Sequence record: MN850576.1
Length of the DNA: 64,000 nucleotides
Reading direction: 5' to 3' (one strand)
Source: Escherichia phage ime
The position numbers and the translations under genes were made by a program. The notes beneath the pieces are model-generated. The model ran no database searches and was not told the origin of the DNA. It saw nothing but the letters and a program-made list of their open reading frames with translations. Below are positions 56,569 to 64,000 of the stretch, piece after piece (position 1 is the first letter of the stretch; each line of letters begins with the position of its first letter).

Positions 56569-56937
56569 ACAGCCGTAGTTAACCTCCAGAACCTTACCTG
56601 CCAGCTTAATCATCTCCAGCAGATGCCCTGCAAACACAACATCTGGGTTAAGCTTATCCACACCATCTACGGTAATATCTTCGAACAAGATTTTAAATAA
56701 CTCTTCAATAGAGCTATCATCAAGTTCTTGGAACAGGTAAGCCAGAGCAGTAGGAAGGACCTCTGCCATATTCTGACCACCAGAGATAATAGATCCACCG
56801 ATAGCACCTAGCGGGACAGCCACAATCTTACCGATTTTAGGCATGTTTTTCATTGCTTTCATCGGTCCCCAGTGGGTGATCACAAAGTTGTGCCCTGCTA
56901 AATCAATCTCTGTTGTAGGTCTAAAGTTTATAGCCAT
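56464..56937 (-). CDS. Tail assembly chaperone (G-like)
   Basis: 157 aa, directly upstream of the tape measure; contains slippery heptamer T-TTT-TTC in the zero frame near its 3' end. Confidence 0.65.
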   Translation of the reverse strand: MAINFRPTTEIDLAGHNFVITHWGPMKAMKNMPKIGKIVAVPLGAIGGSIISGGQNMAEVLPTALAYLFQELDDSSIEELFKILFEDITVDGVDKLNPDVVFAGHLLEMIKLAGKVLEVNYGCFFTQDGLGSLLEMLQQMGMIQQVNNLDQTPEEQE

Positions 56938-56980
56938 TTTATAGCATCCTTATTAGTCATGTTGTGCACCATATTTGTGT

Positions 56981-57009
56981 ATTTTACCATGATTATGGTG
57001 CATTGTCAA
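56981..57009 (-). promoter_or_regulatory. Sigma70-like promoter TTGACA-N17-(TGg)TAAAAT
   Basis: Plus-strand tgtcaa 57004-57009 and atttta 56981-56986 with 17-nt spacer; between the terminator and the chaperone gene. Confidence 0.55.
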
Positions 57010-57050
57010 TTTAACCTTTCAAGCAATTCAAGAACGTGTGTCAAAACCAT

Positions 57051-57083
57051 AAAAGCAAAAAGCCCCACCCGAAGGTGAGGCTT
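57051..57083 (-). terminator. Rho-independent terminator
   Basis: Minus-strand GCCUCACC-UUCG-GGUGGGGC followed by UUUUUGCUUUU, after the stop of 57100..57573. Confidence 0.6.
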
Positions 57084-57099
57084 ATGCTAAAGTGTGCCC

Positions 57100-57573
57100 T
57101 TAGATAATACCTGCAAGACCTGCGAGGCCAGTAAGAGCACCAGTGATGTTATCACGGTTGAGCCATGCATCCAGAATACCGATATCCCAGTCCAGCTGAC
57201 CTACTTCGGTTCCGTAAGTCAGGTCAGGCTGTTTCTGGATCCAACCAATTGTGGAAATACCAGGACCCTGGCTACCTTCCAGCAGAACTGGGAAGAATAC
57301 CAGACCAGTAATCGATGCCTGTTTCTGCCAGTCAGAAAGGTAAGCGTTCCATACAGAAGTGTTCTGCAAAGATACAGTCATAACACCAGATTGGTTACGA
57401 GACAGGGCCGCAGACATTTCGCCATCCACACCAACGTGAGGGTAGATGTTGTCTTCGTTTCTTGAAACAACGATCTTGGTGTCAGCAGCGAAGCCAGTGA
57501 CACGCTGCTGCATCAGGTACAGTTTGACCTTTTTAGGGTCATACGCATAAGGAGTTAAAATTTGAGTTTCCAT
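57100..57573 (-). CDS. Tail tube-like protein (by position)
   Basis: 157 aa between the 458-aa protein and the chaperones. Confidence 0.35.
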   Translation of the reverse strand: METQILTPYAYDPKKVKLYLMQQRVTGFAADTKIVVSRNEDNIYPHVGVDGEMSAALSRNQSGVMTVSLQNTSVWNAYLSDWQKQASITGLVFFPVLLEGSQGPGISTIGWIQKQPDLTYGTEVGQLDWDIGILDAWLNRDNITGALTGLAGLAGII

Positions 57574-57583
57574 CTAGTCTTCC

Positions 57584-58960
57584 TTATTCAGTCATTGCAA
57601 CAGCATTGGTGGATTTAGAACCAACTTTGTCCAGAAGAACGTTGATCCGGATACGAACGAAGTGCAGGGCGTTGTTATACACCAGTTCTACTTTCACACC
57701 TTCCAGAACACGAGCAGCCAACTGATTGGTTGGGATTTCTGCACGTTTAGGAACTGTGATGATCGGGTCGTAGAATACATTATTGTCTTCGTCGAAACCT
57801 GTCAGGATCGCACCATTCTTAATGCCAGTGTTGATTGGGTTGTTCATCAGGACAGACTTGATAACCGGAAGATCATCATCAGACATCTTCATGCTTAAAC
57901 CCATGTTGGAGCGACGATGCATGTACCCAAACATAGATTCTTCAGATCTGAACTTGATCCAGTGTGCAAAACGAATAGCGTCTGCATACTGACCTGAAGC
58001 ACACTTACCTTCCCAGAAAGCGCCAACACCGTTAATCATTCTGTAGAAGTTAACGTGGTTTTCCCAAATAGCCATACGCTGAGTTAAAGTCAGAGACGGT
58101 GCAATCACACCTGGCATCTGTTTTAAGTGCAAGCTGTCGCCGTAAGACGGATCGTTGGATGCCATAGCACCTATGATACCACCCTCCGGGAAGTCCTTAT
58201 CTGCACGAGGATCGTACATGCCGACACTGTCATATTGTGCAGCTTTCAGTTTGGTGGCGATGTTATTATCTTTACCAGTCACATCTTCTGCAGTAGAGTA
58301 GACATGCAGCTTGTAGTTAGCCTGAGCCCACTTAGCACATGCTTCAATGTCGGTGTGGTCTTCATGGCACAGGAAGTACCAATTGTCACGCTCAGCATTG
58401 ATCTTATCAACTACTGTAGAAGGTTTTTCAGCATTGGCGATATTTTTGATTGTATAGTTACCAGTATGGTAACCAACAGTACAGTCACCAGTGATGGTGA
58501 TAACACCATCAGCAGCCTCTACAGTGATATCGTCCAAGTTATCATCTGCTTCGATTTTAGTCTTCATTGACTCTGCAATCTGAGTTGCAGCTGTTCCACC
58601 AGAGATAGGGACTATCAAAGAGGTATTGTAGCTACCTTTTGCAATAGTCATTACGACATCGGTATCAGCTGCGGCAGCAATACCTTTAAAATCTACAGTG
58701 GTCTTTTCTTTGGCCTGTCTGCCGATCATAACGTATTGTGGAGGGAATACACCACCAAAAGCTTTTGCTGCAAACTCATACGCTGCAGAGCCTTGTGCGA
58801 AACCATCTTCCACCATCTGATCCAGCTCTGCATATACGCGAGCTCGCTCAGTAAAGTTGTTGTGGATAGCGATGAACAGGGGAGTTTCGAAACCTACAGT
58901 GTCAATAGGCTGGGTTCCGAGGTTAACTGTAACATCTACCACTTTATCTAAATATGGCAT
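57584..58960 (-). CDS. Tail sheath-like or major tail protein
   Basis: 458 aa, first tail gene after the neck genes; cannot tell sheath from major tail protein without structure or homology search. Confidence 0.4.
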   Translation of the reverse strand: MPYLDKVVDVTVNLGTQPIDTVGFETPLFIAIHNNFTERARVYAELDQMVEDGFAQGSAAYEFAAKAFGGVFPPQYVMIGRQAKEKTTVDFKGIAAAADTDVVMTIAKGSYNTSLIVPISGGTAATQIAESMKTKIEADDNLDDITVEAADGVITITGDCTVGYHTGNYTIKNIANAEKPSTVVDKINAERDNWYFLCHEDHTDIEACAKWAQANYKLHVYSTAEDVTGKDNNIATKLKAAQYDSVGMYDPRADKDFPEGGIIGAMASNDPSYGDSLHLKQMPGVIAPSLTLTQRMAIWENHVNFYRMINGVGAFWEGKCASGQYADAIRFAHWIKFRSEESMFGYMHRRSNMGLSMKMSDDDLPVIKSVLMNNPINTGIKNGAILTGFDEDNNVFYDPIITVPKRAEIPTNQLAARVLEGVKVELVYNNALHFVRIRINVLLDKVGSKSTNAVAMTE

Positions 58961-59032
58961 TTGTTTCCTCTTAATATCTGTGCACGGATATCAAACACGC
59001 AGTGTAATCATTACACTACACAATTATAACGA

Positions 59033-59584
59033 TTACTGACCACTGTCTGTAACCGCTTTACCAGAATTGGGTGAAGGGAAGTGTGTGGTTATTTCAGCCT
59101 TAATTCCCTGAAGATCCTCAAAAGCCCCAATGTCTGTTTCAACAAACCTTACGTTAAATGTCAGCATCACAGTGGCTCTATTTTCATACGTCTGCTTATT
59201 CAACGGCACTCTTTGAGGTGAGATTGTTGAATTGTTAGAGTAGGCAAAGCACGATCCCAGAGGGAAATACTTGTCATAAAACATTGGAAGGTTTATTGCT
59301 TGCAATACTCTGCTAAGTGCAGCATGTGCCCTGCCACGATAAGCTGTTAACAGATAGGTAACAGTGTAACTGTGTGTTACGTAAGCATTACCCTCCGCAT
59401 CTTGAAACTCATTATCTTCCCAAGTGGTGGGATTGATCGCCAAGGTTTGTAAAAGTACAAACTCACCTTCCGGCTTCGGTATGGTAGAGCTTTCTGCCAG
59501 AACTACAGTTCTTCCTGTGGCAACCTTGACAAGCTTAGCAATGGTTGTTTCAAGATCAGAAAAAACTTTTTCGAAAGCTTCCAT
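59033..59584 (-). CDS. Neck/tail completion protein (by position)
   Basis: 183-aa ORF. Confidence 0.4.
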   Translation of the reverse strand: MEAFEKVFSDLETTIAKLVKVATGRTVVLAESSTIPKPEGEFVLLQTLAINPTTWEDNEFQDAEGNAYVTHSYTVTYLLTAYRGRAHAALSRVLQAINLPMFYDKYFPLGSCFAYSNNSTISPQRVPLNKQTYENRATVMLTFNVRFVETDIGAFEDLQGIKAEITTHFPSPNSGKAVTDSGQ

Positions 59585-60009
59585 CAGTCTTCTCCTTCAG
59601 GCTCTTCTACCACAAAAAATCTATATCTTCCACCACCAGACGTGACATATGCATCGCATTTTAAAACGGTAAACCATTTCAAGTCACCACGGATGTCAGG
59701 CAGCTGAATTTGATCAGCCATTGCATATGTTCCTTCATCTGGACTATACAACTTGGTTGAGGAGTAAACTGTAAAAGCCTCGTACTGTCTGTCACCTTCT
59801 GGATTTATTTGAGAGGAGTAATCTTTAGCTGCCCTTCCTGTCAACGGCTGCACAACACACTCTAAGACATCAAACTCTTCATACTCAAGTTCTAACCCCT
59901 CGTTAGCAAAAGGACCACCAACTGTTTTGTTATACACTCTGTGGCGACCTTTGAATGTTTTACGGGGTATTAGCCTGTTCTTTCCTATCAGCTTATAACC
60001 TGCTGCCAC
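59584..60009 (-). CDS. Head-tail connector/neck protein (by position)
   Basis: 141-aa ORF, stop/start coupled. Confidence 0.4.
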   Translation of the reverse strand: MAAGYKLIGKNRLIPRKTFKGRHRVYNKTVGGPFANEGLELEYEEFDVLECVVQPLTGRAAKDYSSQINPEGDRQYEAFTVYSSTKLYSPDEGTYAMADQIQLPDIRGDLKWFTVLKCDAYVTSGGGRYRFFVVEEPEGED

Positions 60010-60018
60010 TCAACCCCC

Positions 60019-60498
60019 TTATTTTTGCTGTCCAATTTTAAAGGTTGCAGATTCCAGCAGCACATCGTAATGCCGCATAGCCTCGTTGAAGCCCTTCTCT
60101 TGTGCCCACTGCTCACTAACAGTAGGGTTACTAAACTGACCAGCCTCAATAACAAACTGGATAGCTTTGGCCCCTGTGTCCCCCATCTGCTTAAGAATAG
60201 CCTCTGCACTTGATCCTCTAGCCATAGCTCTCAACAATTTTTCTGTCAAGGTCTGTAGTTGAGTGCTGTGAAATGCAAAAGCTGTCTCCATGAAATTGCG
60301 AACAGGCAGCCCGTTCCAACCGAAGTTGTGAATGGCTGCCAATGTTGCCATATTTAAGCCTGACGGGTGAGGTTCGTCATAAAAGCCGTAGGTTATTGTT
60401 TTACTTTCAAGTCTCACAAGTTCTTTGTAGAAGCGATCTAAACGCTTTAGGTTGAACCTTGTTTGACATTTAACCTTTAGCATTATTATATCCCTCAC
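60019..60498 (-). CDS. Head-tail adaptor protein (by position)
   Basis: 159-aa ORF with its own promoter-like element upstream. Confidence 0.4.
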   Translation of the reverse strand: MRDIIMLKVKCQTRFNLKRLDRFYKELVRLESKTITYGFYDEPHPSGLNMATLAAIHNFGWNGLPVRNFMETAFAFHSTQLQTLTEKLLRAMARGSSAEAILKQMGDTGAKAIQFVIEAGQFSNPTVSEQWAQEKGFNEAMRHYDVLLESATFKIGQQK

Positions 60499-60504
60499 TA
60501 ATGT

Positions 60505-60533
60505 ATTTTACCACAAAGATACATCAAAAGCAA
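60505..60533 (-). promoter_or_regulatory. Sigma70-like promoter TTGCTT-N17-(TGg)TAAAAT
   Basis: Plus-strand aagcaa 60528-60533 and atttta 60505-60510 with 17-nt spacer. Confidence 0.45.
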
Positions 60534-60539
60534 CAATTT

Positions 60540-61217
60540 TTAAAAACTGCGTTTGCGTCTTGGGTGGCGAGGAGGTTGGTTATTTAGACCACTGATAGGT
60601 GTAATCCCCTGGACATCGAACGGTCCGTTGCTGTTTTCATTAAATTTAACCCGAATTCCTTCATCTACACGAACACCACCAATGATAATCATTCTGCTGT
60701 AAGCATCCAGCTCAGAATCTACATAGTCCGGGTGTGCCAGCAGCCAATCAAGGAAATCTTTCCACTGGGCGTAGGAAGATCCACCACGGATCTCTATAGT
60801 CTCATCACCTATCTTTTCCAAACGGGAAGTTATACTTGCATTACCACTAGACACTTCCTGCATCATCAGCCACCGCACAAGCTGCACAAGCACATTGTAC
60901 TTAAGCAGGGGTAGCTTATCAGGGTCTGCCGGATAATTTAGTTTCAGCTTCTCCATGTCAAGGAATGTTTTAATTACTCCGTCAGGGAGTGTTTCCTCAT
61001 CAACATTGCCAAGCAATAACCTCATAATATCAATAAGAGGTTGGTCTGGATCAGGTTCCGGAGGTACAGGATCTTCTTTTGGTGGTTCTTCTGGGGTATC
61101 GACTACACCATCATGGTTAGGCGGGGACGGGATAATCTCTTCATCTTCATACCATGCCATTTGAAAATACCTCGTAAAAATAAAGCCCCATTCCTGATTT
61201 GGAAGGGGCCTTAACAA
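60540..61217 (-). CDS. Virion protein with Pro/Glu-rich linker
   Basis: 225 aa; PEEPPKEDPVPPEPDPDQP low-complexity segment. Confidence 0.45.
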   Translation of the reverse strand: MLRPLPNQEWGFIFTRYFQMAWYEDEEIIPSPPNHDGVVDTPEEPPKEDPVPPEPDPDQPLIDIMRLLLGNVDEETLPDGVIKTFLDMEKLKLNYPADPDKLPLLKYNVLVQLVRWLMMQEVSSGNASITSRLEKIGDETIEIRGGSSYAQWKDFLDWLLAHPDYVDSELDAYSRMIIIGGVRVDEGIRVKFNENSNGPFDVQGITPISGLNNQPPRHPRRKRSF

Positions 61218-61219
61218 AA

Positions 61220-62047
61220 TTATGCCAGTGCAGCCTCAAAATCTTTCATCATATTTTGGAAAGTTTTTGCCTTACTTAAGGTAACACCGTACTCTTTAGC
61301 GAAGGCTTGAAGTGCATCTTTTGAACCACTTTTGTCATCTTCGTTGTTAAGAGCTGCGGCCTGTTTAAGGATTTCATCCTTATTCTCAATGGCTACAAAT
61401 GAGGAAGAGGATACAGTCACATCTTGCGGATCTGCTACAGTAACTTCACCGTCACCACCAGGTTCAGTAGGACCTACAGGCGGCTCCGGCTCTGGTTCAG
61501 GCGGTGGAGCTATCGTAGAGACCAGTCCAAGATTTACAACCTGAGAACGTTTCTTAGGCCACTCAATGGTGAAAGTTTGGGTATCTTCTTCATAAACAAT
61601 GTTGCATTGCTCATCGTTTATGGTCACTTTTTTAGGCATCCCTACAGGGTCCCATAGATGGCCCTCTGCCACGGAAACTTGGAAAGCAGCATCTACCTCT
61701 TTAAACACTGAAGGAGTTAGTGTGATATTGACATCCCCGCTTTGCAGTGTTAAAGTGCTTTCATCAAGGTTCTCTGTGAAGAACAGAAGAATAACACCCA
61801 TACGGATAGTTGAAATACCAGTATCAATTGGCAGGCCTGTGTGTTTTGCAATCTTCTGGAAGAAGTCTACAATCGTTCTGCATGGATAGTGAACACTGCC
61901 AATAACGAATTCTGTTGGTGGCAGAAGAGCTGATAAACCAACATTGATTTCTGGATTGTATTGTGCTAAAAATTGATAAAAACTTAACTGATTGTTGAAA
62001 ACTCTTAATAGAGGATCATACTCAACTGGATATACGACTCTCTTCAC
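61220..62047 (-). CDS. Virion protein with Pro-rich linker
   Basis: 275 aa; PPPEPEPEPPVGPTEP linker. Confidence 0.45.
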   Translation of the reverse strand: MKRVVYPVEYDPLLRVFNNQLSFYQFLAQYNPEINVGLSALLPPTEFVIGSVHYPCRTIVDFFQKIAKHTGLPIDTGISTIRMGVILLFFTENLDESTLTLQSGDVNITLTPSVFKEVDAAFQVSVAEGHLWDPVGMPKKVTINDEQCNIVYEEDTQTFTIEWPKKRSQVVNLGLVSTIAPPPEPEPEPPVGPTEPGGDGEVTVADPQDVTVSSSSFVAIENKDEILKQAAALNNEDDKSGSKDALQAFAKEYGVTLSKAKTFQNMMKDFEAALA

Positions 62048-62131
62048 GGGACACTCCTGTTAAACCCTAATAAATAAATAAAAAGGGGAGGGGAGAACCC
62101 CCTCCCCGTATGGGATGAATCACCTTAGTGA

Positions 62132-63142
62132 TTAGCCACCGTTTTTCAGAGTTACTTTAACAACCAGCTCTGGACGGGTGTTAACTGCCAGCATAGAAGT
62201 TTCAGATTCAATCTTCTCTTCACGCAGGTATGCAGAGTGTTTATACCACATATACAGTTCCTGTGCTGGGGTATTTGCTTCGTTAACATCGTCTGCCGGA
62301 GCAAAGTGCAGCTGGAACATCTGATCAATACCCATCGGCAGAATGCGAGCTTCTTTCTTAGGAATATTGCCAGAGATATCTTCGATAAAGGTGATACCTT
62401 TATGTTCGAACACACGATAAACGCTGTCCTGACCGCCAGCACCCAGACGACGACGCAGAGGTTCCTGAGCAGAGCCGTAGTAGGTGTATGCCAGCTCTAC
62501 CAGAGGGTGGTGAGTGATTGCACTGAAGAACTCAGGCGAGCACAGAGCCACGATACGGTAGCCAGCAGCGTTGTCACCAGCTTGCAGGGCGATATGCAGA
62601 CGAGCGTCTTCCAGAACTTCCATCGGGTCCTGATCTGCTTTTGCTGGATCGATTTCTACAGATTTCTGATCTACGCCCCACAGAGTGTAGTAGTCATACT
62701 GACAGGTTGTGTCACCAGGTGCATAGGATTTACCCAGAATAGCCTGGAACAGCGCTTTCTCACGCAGTGCTTCATGAGAAACACGGATACGGCGAACAAC
62801 GCGGGTTACTACGTCCTGAACAGTTTTCGGAGCATCAGGGGTGAAGTAACGACGGAAGTTCTGAACATCTGCTGCGGTGATGCCTTTGTCCAGAGGGAAG
62901 AACGGGATGTTCAGGTTTTTAACCTGAGCACGTTCACTACCCACGTAGTTACGCTCACCACCACGACGGCGTGCCGGAATGTCGGTTACAACTTCATCAA
63001 CACGCTCAATCTGAGCAATTGTTGAGGTGCCGAGACGGGTTTCGAACAGATCCATACCAGTAATCAGGCGGAATTGACGCGGAACAAGGTCCAGAGTAGC
63101 ACCTAAATCAACAATGCCAAATTCATCTTTACGAGTAATCAT
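62132..63142 (-). CDS. Major capsid protein, lambda gpE-like
   Basis: 336 aa; RRIRVSHEALREKALFQAILGKSY resembles the lambda E RRRIIMQN...AVLKGKY region as I recall it; preceded by a small D-like gene and scaffold, as in lambda. Confidence 0.6.
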   Translation of the reverse strand: MITRKDEFGIVDLGATLDLVPRQFRLITGMDLFETRLGTSTIAQIERVDEVVTDIPARRRGGERNYVGSERAQVKNLNIPFFPLDKGITAADVQNFRRYFTPDAPKTVQDVVTRVVRRIRVSHEALREKALFQAILGKSYAPGDTTCQYDYYTLWGVDQKSVEIDPAKADQDPMEVLEDARLHIALQAGDNAAGYRIVALCSPEFFSAITHHPLVELAYTYYGSAQEPLRRRLGAGGQDSVYRVFEHKGITFIEDISGNIPKKEARILPMGIDQMFQLHFAPADDVNEANTPAQELYMWYKHSAYLREEKIESETSMLAVNTRPELVVKVTLKNGG

Positions 63143-63190
63143 TTATTTCTCCAAAGTAAAACTTAAATATTTTCCCGAACAATTTATGGC

Positions 63191-63580
63191 TTACTCTTCA
63201 CCAAGAGTCTGGACCTGAATCTTGTTACCCAGAGCCTCAAGCTTGTCTAACACAGCCTGTTCTGCTTTAGCACCACCAGTTGCCAGCAATTTATCCTTGG
63301 CAAAAGTAACACCACGCACAGCAACAACCAGTTTATATTTCTTTGTGCCAAGAGGTTCAGCGATATGTACTTTACCAGCAGCGTCTGGAATTAAAGCACG
63401 ATCCACCAGAACGCCATAGGCGTCTGAACCGTCCTGATTGGCAATGCTACCATCTTTGGTCACAACCGTGCCAGCATGATGGTGCTCTGTCAGTGTAATT
63501 TCCATCTCTTTAAAATTGTAGCCAGCATCGCTAGAATCAACTTTGCCGAGCACGATATCAGAATATTGAGCGGTAATCAT
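63191..63580 (-). CDS. Head decoration protein (gpD-like, by position)
   Basis: 129-aa ORF between scaffold and major capsid genes. Confidence 0.4.
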   Translation of the reverse strand: MITAQYSDIVLGKVDSSDAGYNFKEMEITLTEHHHAGTVVTKDGSIANQDGSDAYGVLVDRALIPDAAGKVHIAEPLGTKKYKLVVAVRGVTFAKDKLLATGGAKAEQAVLDKLEALGNKIQVQTLGEE

Positions 63581-63600
63581 TTATTTCCCCCGTTAATGTC

Positions 63601-64000
63601 TTATTTGGTAGATTCTGCACGTGCACGAGCAAGTGCTTTTGCAACGTTTTCAGCAAGAATTTCTTCTGCGGATTTTGCAATATCATCCACAACAGGTTCG
63701 CCATCATTACCATGTTCAGTGGTGGCAAACTCTTCTTTGGTTTTATGCACCTCTGCTTCCAGCTCTTCAATTTTTGCTTGAGCTTTCTCCAGCATAGCTA
63801 CGATAGGTTCGTTAGCTTTTTCCAGCATGAAGTCAACCAGGGTTGCATGATCTTCTTCACCAACAAAGCTTAAAGCTTGAGCCTTAGTCAGCATTTTAGC
63901 TTTTTCAACTTCAACCTGGGCCTTGATGATTTCTTCAGCTTTACTCTGGGTTGCTTTCAGCTCTTCTACTTGCTTCAGCAGATCCAGATACTCTTTAGTT
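63601..64000 (-). CDS. Capsid scaffolding protein, partial; 5' end beyond the window
   Basis: Frame of ORF 63601..63894 stays open upstream to position 64000; coiled-coil, A/E/K-rich composition. Confidence 0.5.
   Translation of the reverse strand, partial: TKEYLDLLKQVEELKATQSKAEEIIKAQVEVEKAKMLTKAQALSFVGEEDHATLVDFMLEKANEPIVAMLEKAQAKIEELEAEVHKTKEEFATTEHGNDGEPVVDDIAKSAEEILAENVAKALARARAESTK

Noticed and set aside
35249-63025. Other long antisense ORFs inside structural genes (35249..35659, 38576..39163, 40906..41598, 45443..45940, 48178..48630, 52749..53441, 62237..63025)
   Set aside because: Each is embedded in a longer opposite-strand gene with better coding character; treated as shadow ORFs.
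1-64000. CRISPR arrays, tRNA/rRNA genes, integrase or attachment sites
   Set aside because: I saw no regularly spaced direct repeats and no intergenic region long enough for a tRNA cloverleaf apart from promoter/terminator cassettes; no recombinase-like ORF was recognised. Absence is by eye only and needs tRNAscan and repeat finders to confirm.

Overview
This window reads as a contiguous segment of a large virulent tailed dsDNA phage genome; I found no integrase, repressor, tRNA, rRNA or CRISPR array. It is almost entirely coding and falls into three transcriptional blocks. (1) Minus-strand early/replication block, 1-14319: partial primase-helicase, a short C5-methyltransferase-like protein, a beta-class amino-methyltransferase, a Dda-like helicase, rIIA/rIIB-like proteins, a secreted SleB-like hydrolase, a MoxR-type AAA+ ATPase and many small unknown ORFs. 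(2) Plus-strand block, 14396-21430: a composite HNH-like ORF, a vWA/HExxH protein, a tandem quartet of small paralogs, a HAD phosphatase and further small ORFs, ending at a bidirectional terminator. (3) Minus-strand late structural block, 21478-64000: scaffold, decoration and E-like major capsid proteins, neck proteins, sheath/tube-like proteins, frameshifted tail chaperones, tape measure, baseplate-like proteins, a J-like central fibre and an unusually large set of fibre/receptor-binding proteins. The most interesting candidates for undescribed biology are the tandem small-paralog array (16949-17973), the split MoxR/vWA-metallopeptidase pair, the two-methyltransferase module, the 29-nt inverted repeat carrying identical translation-initiation regions, and the strongly promoter-driven unknown gene at 20820. 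All family assignments come from motifs read in the translations and from gene order; no database search was possible, so they are hypotheses.
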